From: a phage
Sequence record: OZ346189.1
Reading direction: 5' to 3' (one strand)
Length of the DNA: 64,000 nt
The position numbers were made by a program, and so were the translations under genes. The number at the start of each line of letters is the position of its first letter. The stretch's first letter is position 1. Of this stretch, positions 27,838 through 37,285 are shown piece by piece. Under the pieces are notes generated by a model. That model was not told the origin of the DNA, did not search any database, and worked only from the letters and a program-made list of their open reading frames with translations.

Positions 27838-28371
27838 CTACAAATGGTCGCTGAGGGTGTCAAGAAAATTATCCCGTTCTTTCTCAGAGTTTTCATGTGT
27901 GTAGCTGAAAAACATATCGAGAATAACCTTATTGATATATTCCAGCTCCTCTGTGTTCAGATGCTTAGCAGGATCTACAATGACATCCCAAATATCATAC
28001 AGACCACACTCATGATACCCATAACGCCACTCAATTGTCAAGCTGAGCGGCAAATCTTTACCGTCACAAACAACCTTCCATCTACATATGTTGGTATCTG
28101 GTCGTACCTGTGCACGGTACACCTGTACAAAATCCAATTTGAATTTGAGGTACTCGTCATACAATTTAAGCACAAAGCTCTCGATTTGTGGAGACACTTT
28201 TGCAGCAAACTGTGCGTATTTGTACTTGCACTGGATGATCTTTCTGCGTTTTGCAGTTAAATTTTTTGCCGCCAGTTGTTCTTCAGTGTATCTCCACCTA
28301 CGATCAACAAACGCAACAGGGTCTTTGTCCCCATAGAGGTCTTCCCAGTTAATCAGAAGCATACCTGTCAC
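27838..28371 (-). CDS. hypothetical protein
   Basis: ORF, coupled. Confidence 0.45.
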   Translation of the reverse strand: MTGMLLINWEDLYGDKDPVAFVDRRWRYTEEQLAAKNLTAKRRKIIQCKYKYAQFAAKVSPQIESFVLKLYDEYLKFKLDFVQVYRAQVRPDTNICRWKVVCDGKDLPLSLTIEWRYGYHECGLYDIWDVIVDPAKHLNTEELEYINKVILDMFFSYTHENSEKERDNFLDTLSDHL

Positions 28372-28601
28372 TCCTCCACAACTTCAAGGCCTTTACCGCC
28401 TCGCTCTGGCAGATTACTTAAAGATAGGTAATACATATAATCAGGAGAGATCCTGCCAGACTCTGCACCTGCAGCTAGTAAATCCTTCCCTTTAACCAGG
28501 ACAACATTCTCGTTTGCAGATAGCCGTTTTGCTTCCACAATTTTACCAACACAGTCAACCAAGGAAGGGTACCCTAAATCTGTAAGAAATTTAACTTTCA
28601 T
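28368..28601 (-). CDS. hypothetical small protein, paralog family A
   Basis: MKVKFLTDLGY...DLLAAGA...EVVEE. Confidence 0.5.
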   Translation of the reverse strand: MKVKFLTDLGYPSLVDCVGKIVEAKRLSANENVVLVKGKDLLAAGAESGRISPDYMYYLSLSNLPERGGKGLEVVEE

Positions 28602-28638
28602 GCTACCTCCTACCTACCATCCCTGGTAAGATAAATTA

Positions 28639-29037
28639 TTACTGAACAGAGCGCGGTGCTGGGAAGGATAACTCTTCTAAAGAGAAGATTTCATTTCCTA
28701 CCACCCAAGTTGCTGGGTCATCTGGATCAACAGGTTGGATAATCATTACCTCATCAGCCTCGCACACACGTTTCCCACCCATAGTAGCGTCAGCCACTAA
28801 CATACGCGGCTCTTCAGAAATGCACAGGTAGCCACCTCGGCCCACTGTTCCTTCCACGGGATCCTGCCCTTTGACCACAATGAATACCTTCTCTCCTGTG
28901 GCGATATTACTTTTCACACTAACAGTTTGACCAACTTTAGATGTACCGATCTTGGTGGCTTCAAACATTAAATCCCGAATTACTGTTGCATAGTTGCCGG
29001 ACACTTTCTTACCTTCTTTAGTAATCTCAATCTTCAT
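28639..29037 (-). CDS. hypothetical protein
   Basis: ORF. Confidence 0.45.
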   Translation of the reverse strand: MKIEITKEGKKVSGNYATVIRDLMFEATKIGTSKVGQTVSVKSNIATGEKVFIVVKGQDPVEGTVGRGGYLCISEEPRMLVADATMGGKRVCEADEVMIIQPVDPDDPATWVVGNEIFSLEELSFPAPRSVQ

Positions 29038-29273
29038 AATCTAGGCTCCTTAAATGAATCTATGTAATCAATTAAATCCCAAGCATCGCGATGGGCTGTC
29101 AGAGGGTATACTTCTCCGAGAGGGATCATAGCAATAAGTCTATCAAAAACCCAGTCTGGACGCAACATTTTATGGTGATATTCCCACTCACCTTCCACAG
29201 ATTTTTTCTGAGTTATCAGGATCTCTGTGTAGTGTTTCTCCTGTCTTGAGTAGATTGAAAATGACTTGTACAT
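29034..29273 (-). CDS. hypothetical protein
   Basis: internal start MYKSF at 29273 after AGAGGGGG RBS. Confidence 0.4.
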   Translation of the reverse strand: MYKSFSIYSRQEKHYTEILITQKKSVEGEWEYHHKMLRPDWVFDRLIAMIPLGEVYPLTAHRDAWDLIDYIDSFKEPRL

Positions 29274-29309
29274 AAATGACCCCCTCTTGTTGAAAACAAC
29301 AATACACAA

Positions 29310-29594
29310 CTACCAGGTTACTGTCAAGTAGGCAACCGTATTATTTTTCTCTGGGGAGATGCCAACAACATCTACCTGCAGACCTCCTGCCCTTAAATCT
29401 CCAACAATGTGAGGGAAGTAATCTGAGAGATGCGAGGGTAGATTTATCGAAAATCCGCACCCCAGAAAGCCTGCTAACGCTTTATTTTGTATCTCCCCCA
29501 CAATCGCATCATAAATGGAGTTAAGCTCGTCAGGGAGCGTTACAGGACGTTTTAGCGCTAACTGGTGTAATTTGTCCTTAGCACTCATTTTCAT
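29310..29594 (-). CDS. hypothetical protein
   Basis: start MKMSAK at 29594 overlapping the upstream stop. Confidence 0.4.
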   Translation of the reverse strand: MKMSAKDKLHQLALKRPVTLPDELNSIYDAIVGEIQNKALAGFLGCGFSINLPSHLSDYFPHIVGDLRAGGLQVDVVGISPEKNNTVAYLTVTW

Positions 29595-30124
29595 TTCAGG
29601 TCTACCTCTGGAGGTGCCAACCACATAAACGGCGGCAAGTCTAAACGGTTTTTCTTATCCCACACAAAATATGCATATGCTTGCCCGTCAGTTCTGCCGT
29701 TTGATTGAAATGATGGACGCTTAGATATTGTGATCACAGTAGTAGGTGCATTATCAAGCCACCATTCAAATCTGGCTTTGCTTTCCAGAAAATTAAGACG
29801 CAAAAGCATAATAACTACGTCAGCATCTTTCAACGCCTTGTCTACAAACTCACGAGCCAGGCTGTATGGTGGGTTGGTGATAATACAGTCAACATGGTTG
29901 TATTCTGTATTCAGATAGTCAACACCTTCTTGTATTTCTCCCCATGCAGATCCTAACGGCATACGGGAGTAGAACACACCTGAGGCACTATTCCTGCAAG
30001 GCTCTAAGTAGGTCCAGTCTTCTGGGAACGGAATAAGGTCATACAGCCCTTCTGCACACCACTCCGGTGTCACATACTCATCGTAGGCGTTACGTTGTTC
30101 ATCAGGTTTTCGAGCACAAGTCAT
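29591..30124 (-). CDS. phage Dam-type DNA N6-adenine methyltransferase (small)
   Basis: ITNPPYS catalytic motif plus N-terminal YVTPEW...LEPC pattern typical of small phage N6-adenine methyltransferases. Confidence 0.5.
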   Translation of the reverse strand: MTCARKPDEQRNAYDEYVTPEWCAEGLYDLIPFPEDWTYLEPCRNSASGVFYSRMPLGSAWGEIQEGVDYLNTEYNHVDCIITNPPYSLAREFVDKALKDADVVIMLLRLNFLESKARFEWWLDNAPTTVITISKRPSFQSNGRTDGQAYAYFVWDKKNRLDLPPFMWLAPPEVDLK

Positions 30125-30175
30125 GCAAATCTCCAGATCATAAAAGCCCTCCGAAGAGGGCTTTAGAATTAATGT

Positions 30176-31225
30176 TTAAGCTTCTTCGACAATTCCTGCA
30201 CCCAGGATTTTTTCATTGAGCTCTTTTGCTGTTTTAATAATATTGTCCACCAGACGCTTGCGAGTCTTATCTTTTACCTTAACCTCTTCACCGCCGTTTA
30301 GGGTTGTCTTCAATTGGGACAAAATGTCTTGAAGTTCAACGACAGAGAATCGCTGCAGATCTTCTGAGGTAATCTCACCTAAGGCAATCTTAACGGTCTC
30401 ACCACTTTCCATCTGCAGGTTCAGGAACACAGTGTGAACATCACCTTTCGAACCACCAGCTTTTGCAGATTCAACAGCATGAACTAACTCATCTAAAGAG
30501 GTACACTGGTGAATCTCCGGGAGACCTGCTTCACCTAACACACCTTCTTCATCACCTTTTGCCAGAAGCTTTTTCGGTTTTTGTCCGTTCTGGATGCGTT
30601 GTATGTTACCTTCATCCAGAATGATAGCTCCAGTTCGAGCTGCCAGCTCCTCTCCGTCCAACCACACTTCACCACCAGCTGTGATGGATGCGATCTCATC
30701 TTCTGTCAGCACCCAACCGTAGTATTTTTCGATCAGGCGTTCGAAACGCTTTTTCCAGTAGCTGACCTGAGTATTCATGTTCACACCGTTACCATAAGTG
30801 CCACCTTGATAGTAGTGGAACATAAATTCTGTGTCCGGAGCCACAGTACGTTCTTTGCAACCCAGCCATAAGATTGTTCCCGCAGAGCAGCACATCCCTT
30901 CCGCATGTGCAACAACGCTTGCCTGAGACTCGCGGAATGCCTGCAGATAAGCCATCGCAATGTGCACGCAACCACCAGGGCTGTTAATGATCACTCGAAT
31001 GCTTTCTTCAGGCTGAGCCATACGGATCGTCTGCAGGCGAGACATATGATCCTGCAGGTCTTCCAAATCGTCGATATAAAGAACGTGGTCAACAACAGGT
31101 GTTGGGTAGCTGTATGTCTCCATAATACCACCCGGCATACCGAACATTTTATTACTCATAGGTTCGAAACCGTTCTGTTTTTCTTTCATGCCGTGTACCA
31201 TGGTGCTGCGAGGTGTTAAATTCAT
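30176..31225 (-). CDS. ClpP/S49-family serine protease-like protein
   Basis: INSPGG motif in the N-terminal half; acidic coiled C-terminal half. Confidence 0.55.
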   Translation of the reverse strand: MNLTPRSTMVHGMKEKQNGFEPMSNKMFGMPGGIMETYSYPTPVVDHVLYIDDLEDLQDHMSRLQTIRMAQPEESIRVIINSPGGCVHIAMAYLQAFRESQASVVAHAEGMCCSAGTILWLGCKERTVAPDTEFMFHYYQGGTYGNGVNMNTQVSYWKKRFERLIEKYYGWVLTEDEIASITAGGEVWLDGEELAARTGAIILDEGNIQRIQNGQKPKKLLAKGDEEGVLGEAGLPEIHQCTSLDELVHAVESAKAGGSKGDVHTVFLNLQMESGETVKIALGEITSEDLQRFSVVELQDILSQLKTTLNGGEEVKVKDKTRKRLVDNIIKTAKELNEKILGAGIVEEA

Positions 31226-31285
31226 GAGAAATCCTTAATATTGGAAGTTGAAAGCTATTTATTTAAACCTGATTCACATTTACCT

Positions 31286-31597
31286 TTATTTAGCAATCAC
31301 TAGTGAATACTTACGATTGTCAGAAGCATCACAGCTCAATGATTGCCAGTCTACCACATACCACGTATCATTGTCAACAATTACTTTATCGCCTGTTCTG
31401 TAGCAGGTACTGCTTTCAATAATCCGAGACTCGATAAAGAATCTGTGTCGGCGCTCACGTAGCAACGCTAAGTTGATTATATTACCACCGCTGTCCTTGA
31501 TCCACACATTCTTGGATCCTTTATTTGCCAAAATTGTCTCGCCGTTGTAGACAAACAGGCAGTATATTTTATTCAGTTTCTCTTGTATTGTAGCCAT
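31286..31597 (-). CDS. hypothetical protein
   Basis: ORF. Confidence 0.45.
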   Translation of the reverse strand: MATIQEKLNKIYCLFVYNGETILANKGSKNVWIKDSGGNIINLALLRERRHRFFIESRIIESSTCYRTGDKVIVDNDTWYVVDWQSLSCDASDNRKYSLVIAK

Positions 31598-31698
31598 ACT
31601 GTCCTTCTCTCTGTTTTGTCCGATAATAATATCTAAAGCTTACCTATTTGTCAACAACTGTTTTAGATATTTAAGGGTGGAATAACCACCCTTCTGTA

Positions 31699-32487
31699 TT
31701 ACTCGGAAACAGGGGTCCAAATATGGTTTGCACGATCCTCAATAAGATTGAGTGCGATCTGACGACCCAACCCGGAACGAACGACATCGTCTGGACTATC
31801 AAAGCTGATCATTCCAACCTCAGGATCTGGATGACGAGTAAAGAAATCCGTCACCCATGCAAGGCCAGATTTACCAGGGATGTCACGTTGGCTATTATCA
31901 CCCATAATTACAAGGGTGGCCTGATCAGAGATCCTTGTGATAATTGACAACATTTCTTCAGGGTTAGTTTGCTGTGCCTCGTCAATCAGGACAAAGCATC
32001 GCTCATCGAAACTACGACCACGAATGCTTTCAACTTCACAAATCTCGATACGACTGTTCTGACCGTCTCCCAGCATTGCGGCAAAAGCACCTTTGCCAAC
32101 ACGACGACAAATCGTGTCCATCATGCTTCGAAGATAGGGCCACAGTTTCTGCATTGCATTTCCGGGTTTAAATCCTGAAGTCTTTCCTGTCTGGACGTAA
32201 GGACGTGCAACAATGATCTTATCAATCTCGTTCTTACGCAGAAGATCACCTGCATATGCAGATGCCATAAATGTCTTACCGGATCCAAACACACCGTTTA
32301 CAATAATAATCTTACGTGACCCCAGATAATCAAGATACTTTTGCTGCTTCTTATTCATTGGTCGGAGAGCTGGAGCGGTGTGCTCTCTTTCGTCAGCAAA
32401 TTTCTCAGCAGCCTTACGCAGGCGATCAGATTTGCGAGCCTCTCTAGCTTCATCACGCATGCGTTTTGTTTCTTTAGCTCGACCCAT
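31699..32487 (-). CDS. phoH: PhoH-like ATPase
   Basis: Walker A GVFGSGKT and PhoH-like core. Confidence 0.75.
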   Translation of the reverse strand: MGRAKETKRMRDEAREARKSDRLRKAAEKFADEREHTAPALRPMNKKQQKYLDYLGSRKIIIVNGVFGSGKTFMASAYAGDLLRKNEIDKIIVARPYVQTGKTSGFKPGNAMQKLWPYLRSMMDTICRRVGKGAFAAMLGDGQNSRIEICEVESIRGRSFDERCFVLIDEAQQTNPEEMLSIITRISDQATLVIMGDNSQRDIPGKSGLAWVTDFFTRHPDPEVGMISFDSPDDVVRSGLGRQIALNLIEDRANHIWTPVSE

Positions 32488-32525
32488 GTTGGGACTCCTT
32501 TCAGATTGAGATGTGCCAAGTACTT

Positions 32526-32876
32526 TTACTGCAACAGTTTTTCAATAGCCGCTTCCATGCTGCTTGCAACAGCCTGAACTCGGATATTCATCTCTTCTTG
32601 GTGGATCAGCTCCTTAAGCTCTTTAATGGTAAATTCTTTAGAGAAACCTTCCACCATAATCTTGTGCAAGGCTTCTTGCGTGTCTACTTGCAAGAACTTT
32701 TCCAGTTTGTTGGCAGAGGCTTCTAAATCAGCCCGAATACGAGGGTCATCTGTGCGATTCAGCATTAGGCGTAAGCCATCAAGATTAGTAGAAATAGCAT
32801 CTGCATGTTGAGTAACTAACCGTGGCAAAATGAGGTCTACAAACTTATTAGCCAAATCGATACGTTCTTGTGTCAC
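32526..32876 (-). CDS. hypothetical protein
   Basis: ORF (GTG start). Confidence 0.4.
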   Translation of the reverse strand: MTQERIDLANKFVDLILPRLVTQHADAISTNLDGLRLMLNRTDDPRIRADLEASANKLEKFLQVDTQEALHKIMVEGFSKEFTIKELKELIHQEEMNIRVQAVASSMEAAIEKLLQ

Positions 32877-32986
32877 TGTTGCACCCCCTCTTCATCTTCA
32901 TGATGTTTCTTTTCACGCTTGTGTTTTTTCTTAAGCTCAAGCGCAATCTCTTTCTTGTACGCCTTCTTCAAGGCTTTTTTAGCCAT
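32873..32986 (-). CDS. hypothetical lysine-rich small protein (37 aa)
   Basis: MAKKALKKAYKKEIALELKKKHKREKKHHEDEEGVQQ; GGAGGTG RBS; not in the ORF track. Confidence 0.3.
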   Translation of the reverse strand: MAKKALKKAYKKEIALELKKKHKREKKHHEDEEGVQQ

Positions 32987-33048
32987 TTGGCACCTCCTCT
33001 GCTTTCATTACGCTAATTATAACCAACTTAACAAAACTTTGTCAACAA

Positions 33049-33522
33049 TTAGTCAACCTGAACCCAACCACCTGCTGCCTTTTTAAACATTCTTTGGTTA
33101 TCACTACCTCTGAAGGGTTTTTTGGTTGGGTTATCTTTTTCGTACTTACCATCCATAATGTAATCGACACTATCTTTAATGTAATCGGGAACCTCTTCAA
33201 ACAAATACCCTGTGTACACCCAGATAGTTTTTGTGTTGCCGAAGTGTTCACGGATAGCGCTAATGATCGAGTACATACCCTCAATATTGTAAGGCGCTAA
33301 AGGTTCGCCACCGCATAATGTAACGCCAGTAATGTGTTTCGGCTCTATAGAGTGAAGTATACTCTCAATAGTGTCATTTGTTAACGGTTCCCCTTTAGCT
33401 GGTGACCAAACACTTTTGTTTTGGCAACCGACGCAGTGATGTGGGCAACCAGAACAGAACACCGTTGTCCTAATGCCTGGGCCGTCAACCATGCTACACT
33501 CTATAATATTAACAACATTCAT
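33049..33522 (-). CDS. nrdG: anaerobic ribonucleotide reductase activating protein
   Basis: CPHHCVGCQNKSVW radical-SAM cysteine cluster typical of NrdG; about 157 aa. Confidence 0.75.
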   Translation of the reverse strand: MNVVNIIECSMVDGPGIRTTVFCSGCPHHCVGCQNKSVWSPAKGEPLTNDTIESILHSIEPKHITGVTLCGGEPLAPYNIEGMYSIISAIREHFGNTKTIWVYTGYLFEEVPDYIKDSVDYIMDGKYEKDNPTKKPFRGSDNQRMFKKAAGGWVQVD

Positions 33523-33755
33523 TCCTTATCCTCTTTTAGGTAAGGATATTCAGGCCCACAATAAGCTCTATCCAAGAAAACAGCTTCTTCCCCTCTGGAA
33601 TCAGTAGATCTATAATACCCATCACCATGGTAACTAACGAACCAGTGGCACCCATCATCGCTTTCTACTGTTGTGGCTCTGTCCGAATGAAAGATAATTT
33701 CGTAATCCTTACCGAATGTAAACCATCTGTTAGCTTTTACACAGACACCTATCAT
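33519..33755 (-). CDS. hypothetical protein
   Basis: ORF, coupled. Confidence 0.4.
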   Translation of the reverse strand: MIGVCVKANRWFTFGKDYEIIFHSDRATTVESDDGCHWFVSYHGDGYYRSTDSRGEEAVFLDRAYCGPEYPYLKEDKE

Positions 33756-34086
33756 AAGGAACCTCTCTTCTGTGGTGTGCTTCTATTCAAGATAAACCTA
33801 TAAAAGTCCATTTGATGAAGCCGTATAACTTTTTATACTTACGCTTCAGTGCTAACAATTTTATCTTGATTTTCTTGATAGATTCCCGCATTTCGACCCC
33901 TTATGCTTATAAGTACTCCGCATCGCATTCAGGGCAATGCCAAATAAAATCGTCCAGTGCCTTGCACCAACGAAGATTGCAACGACAACCACACTTGCAA
34001 ATTTTATAAATACCTTTAGACATACTGTACCCCCCAGCTCACTGTGTGTCAATAATATGCCACATCCTTGTGGCTTTTGTCAAGTA

Positions 34087-35292
34087 TCAGCAACTACAAC
34101 TTCCATAGTGCTTAACTCGCTCGATAACTTCCGCTTGCTTACCTTTATTGTAAGGACGGGAGTTAGGACTGGAAAGGTATCCAGACACACGTCGAATTAC
34201 ACTGATCGTTCCCTCTTCATGGTTTCCACACTCTGGGCATACAAAGCCTTTAGCTGTTGCACTGAACTCACCAGAGAAACCACACTTGAGACATTTATCC
34301 ACAGGTTGGTTAATACCAAAATACATAATATGTTTATACCCGAAGTCAACAAGAGCCTCTAAAGCATCCAGGTTGTTTTTCAGGTTAGGTGTCTCTACGT
34401 ATCCAATGTTGCCACCAGAGGAGATCATAGCAAAACCTTCCTCATACTCCCACTTATCAAAAGGAGAGCTATTTATCCACACTGGCTGATGGAAACTGTT
34501 GGTGAGATATTCATGCTCGTGCTTTAACACTTCTGGATATTCACGATCCAGACAGGTTGCAGCTTTATAGCATAGACTCTCAGAAGGAGTGCCGTACAAG
34601 CTAAATGCTAGTCTACTTTCCTTCTTGTATCGCTCACAAGCATCTCTCATGTGCTGAAGGATTCCAAGAGCTAAAGCCTTGTCACCTTCTCTGCCCAAAA
34701 TCTGACAGGTTTCATACACACCAATATACCCAATACTGATGGAAGCGTACCCGTCATAGAAGAGTTTATCAATACTTTCTTCGGGATCCAGGCGAGCAAG
34801 AGCGCCTTCACACCACATGATGGGGTTCTGCCCTGCCTTTGTTCCTTTTAGACGGTTAACCCTTACAAGGTGAGCCTCGTATGCAAGATCCAAGTATTCG
34901 TCAAGAACTGCAAAGAAATCAACACATTCCGTCTTAGCTTTTGCCGCAATCATTGGCAGGTTAAGGCTAACAACACCCAAGTTGAATCTGCCGAGGTATT
35001 TCTCCTCACCTGTTTCCAAGTCATTGTATTTGCTAAGAAAACTCCGGCAACCCATACTCGTTACTTTGCCATCTGTCGAGCCTGTCACTTTACGATTTAG
35101 TGGAACAGAAACAAAGTCAGGATAAATCCGCTCTGCAGAGCATTCCAGAGCTAATCGTTTCAAATCATAGTTAGGATCTCCGGGGTTCATGTTGACACCC
35201 TCTTCTAGGAAGAACAGCACTTTAGGGAACACAGGTGTGATACGTTCTTCACCAAGACCCATTTTGTGGACTTTCAAGTAATTTTTGGTAAT
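34087..35292 (-). CDS. nrdD: anaerobic ribonucleoside-triphosphate reductase, exon 2 (C-terminal part)
   Basis: C-terminal zinc ribbon (CLKCG...CPECG) and glycyl-radical motif RRVSGYL; the 5' boundary (3' splice site) is approximate. Confidence 0.65.
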   Translation of the reverse strand: MTKNYLKVHKMGLGEERITPVFPKVLFFLEEGVNMNPGDPNYDLKRLALECSAERIYPDFVSVPLNRKVTGSTDGKVTSMGCRSFLSKYNDLETGEEKYLGRFNLGVVSLNLPMIAAKAKTECVDFFAVLDEYLDLAYEAHLVRVNRLKGTKAGQNPIMWCEGALARLDPEESIDKLFYDGYASISIGYIGVYETCQILGREGDKALALGILQHMRDACERYKKESRLAFSLYGTPSESLCYKAATCLDREYPEVLKHEHEYLTNSFHQPVWINSSPFDKWEYEEGFAMISSGGNIGYVETPNLKNNLDALEALVDFGYKHIMYFGINQPVDKCLKCGFSGEFSATAKGFVCPECGNHEEGTISVIRRVSGYLSSPNSRPYNKGKQAEVIERVKHYGSCSC

Positions 35293-36143
35293 CATTCTAC
35301 CAAAGACCGAGGTATCCAGTCCTAAACTTAATGTGATGAATGGAGTCTGCTGTCTCCTCCCTGTGTTTCCACAGGGCCAGACTATCTATTACTCTACTTC
35401 AATAAGATAATAACCCTTTATTGTGAGATGCTTACCTTCGGCATTTCCTTCGATAGCCCTGTGAACGTTACCTACGTTCAAATTTAAGGCTTTTGCACAG
35501 GCGTAGAGTGAAGGATATTCACCCACCAAGATTTTCCCTTTGTATGCCTGCACTTTCCTATAGCACTTACCTGGACAAAGTCCTGTTCGGAAAGCATGTC
35601 TCTTATTATCTTCCGGCAAAACCCACTCTAGGTTAGACGGATGATCATTCAATGTATTGCCATCTTTATGATTCACTTCCCAGTTTTCAGGGTCTTCTGG
35701 GACATCTGGCAAACAATACAAGGCAACAACCCTTGAGGTTTGGATTCGAATCTTTTTACCTTTGTGGTTGAAAGAGTACATATAACGGCGTTTAACATGC
35801 TTATTACCTTTTCCATAACCTCCCCACAATATTGGGTGCAGCATTCCACGTTTTCCGTATACGTTTCCAACTTCATCAATCACATAGTTTGATTCTTCAC
35901 CATTAAGAATGATCTTTTTCATAGAGCCTCTCCATTTCGAAGTTAGTATTTCAACTAACCCCTACACTACTTGGTTCAGAAATGTTTGTCAAGCATCTCT
36001 GCCTTTCGTTAGTCGTTACAACCGTTCCAACTCCTGTAAGAACTAGTCACGGGATTGGCATAGCTTTCGCCTTAGCGTTCCCCGTTAGCCGGATTTACCG
36101 ACCCCTCTTATGAGGTTAGGAGAGTTTTACAACGGCCAGTTTG
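35293..36143 (-). other. group I intron (IA2-like) within nrdD
   Basis: exon 1 ends ...AACGGU then UAA; intron contains UAACGGGGAAC and CAAUCCCGUGACUAG as in the T4 td intron, an R-like GUAACGACUAAC element, and UAGAUAGUCUGG (S-like) after the HEG; boundaries approximate. Confidence 0.55.
35389..35922 (-). mobile_element. HNH homing endonuclease encoded within the nrdD intron
   Basis: HNH motif EVNHKDGNTLNDHPSNLEWV; GGAGAG RBS. Confidence 0.7.
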
Positions 36144-37007
36144 TTAACCGTTGACAGAAGTTAACGTATTGATTTGATAGAGCAAAGTCTGCATGCTGTC
36201 AAATACGTCTTTATCTGTCATTTGCATTGCAACAGTCTCAGCATCTGGCAACCAATGTTCCTGGCAAAATTTAAGGTTCTTCTCATAAGTCGCCTCAGCA
36301 TACTGTGCCAAATAATGGTCAATATGGCTCATAGTCTGACCCCCATATTGAGCACTAGCTACTGCACTAGAGATTTGGCTAAGGATTGTTGTTGCAACCC
36401 CTATTGACTTCGGCTTACTGACATGGGCGTTACCAATGTTGAATCCGTTTTCCAACATATCTGGATAATTTACCAAACAACAGTTTGTTAACGGACTGAT
36501 CAAGTAGTCAAGATCATGCACATGGATGAAGCCTTTATTGTGCTCTTCTGAGACACGGTCTGGCAGGATCTGTGTTGATGCAAGGTGTTTGCTAAGGATG
36601 CCTGCAAGCAGGTCACGATGAGTGTGTACATGATTGGTAGGCTTATTTGCGTTTTCTTTTGTAAATTCATCACAAGTTCGATCCAAGAAGCCACTAATAT
36701 CTGCAAGCAGTTTTCCACCTGCCTCTCTGTTATTATCTCTTGTCTGTCTATACTGGATGTATTCTCTGGCTGCACATTTTAAACCCATATCCATAAGAGC
36801 ATCTTCAACAAGGATATGGATATTTTTTACAGAGATCGTGCACTGGTCGGTTGGTAGATTGTTAGCAACAACTTCATTAACCGCACAAGCGATCCGGTAA
36901 GCTTCTTCTTCAGTATGTCCAGACTCAAGTAAGGCGGACTCTGCCGCCTTGATCACCTTAATTCCGTTATAGACCTCTTCTCTACCGTCCCGTTTTACAA
37001 CTTTCAC
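36144..37007 (-). CDS. nrdD: anaerobic ribonucleoside-triphosphate reductase, exon 1 (ATP cone and N-terminal catalytic part)
   Basis: FIHVHDLDYLISPLTNCCLVNYPDMLENGF is the NrdD signature; ORF ends in a stop at the 5' splice site. Confidence 0.75.
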   Translation of the reverse strand: MKVVKRDGREEVYNGIKVIKAAESALLESGHTEEEAYRIACAVNEVVANNLPTDQCTISVKNIHILVEDALMDMGLKCAAREYIQYRQTRDNNREAGGKLLADISGFLDRTCDEFTKENANKPTNHVHTHRDLLAGILSKHLASTQILPDRVSEEHNKGFIHVHDLDYLISPLTNCCLVNYPDMLENGFNIGNAHVSKPKSIGVATTILSQISSAVASAQYGGQTMSHIDHYLAQYAEATYEKNLKFCQEHWLPDAETVAMQMTDKDVFDSMQTLLYQINTLTSVNG

Positions 37008-37282
37008 TTTTTCTCTCCAAAACCATTCTTAACAAAAGAGATGAAATCGTCGGCACCGCCTATATGGACACTTTCAAGATTGCTTTCTAAGAAGATCTGC
37101 GGCAACGTTCTGGGGACAATTGGACTACACTTCTCAATAAGCTCTTCTTTTGTGTAGCCCTCGCCAAGTGTCTTATATACAAAAGGCAGACCTTTGCTGA
37201 TTGCAAATTCTTTTGCTCTGACACAGTGTGGGCAGTTATCCTTACCGTAAATGATGATGAAAAAAGATTTTTCGCAGCTCAT
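37004..37282 (-). CDS. glutaredoxin/NrdH-like redoxin
   Basis: CPHC active site in a 92-aa thioredoxin-fold ORF next to the RNR genes. Confidence 0.7.
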   Translation of the reverse strand: MSCEKSFFIIIYGKDNCPHCVRAKEFAISKGLPFVYKTLGEGYTKEELIEKCSPIVPRTLPQIFLESNLESVHIGGADDFISFVKNGFGEKK

Positions 37283-37285
37283 ATA

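Noticed and set aside
30581-31219. Plus-strand ORFs of 96 and 104 aa antisense to the ClpP-like gene
   Set aside because: Antisense within a gene with a clear INSPGG serine-protease motif; no RBS.
35293-36143. Intein rather than intron interrupting nrdD or terminase
   Set aside because: Both upstream exons end in stop codons, the endonuclease ORFs have their own RBS and start codons, and group I core sequence elements are present; an intein would be in-frame with no stops.
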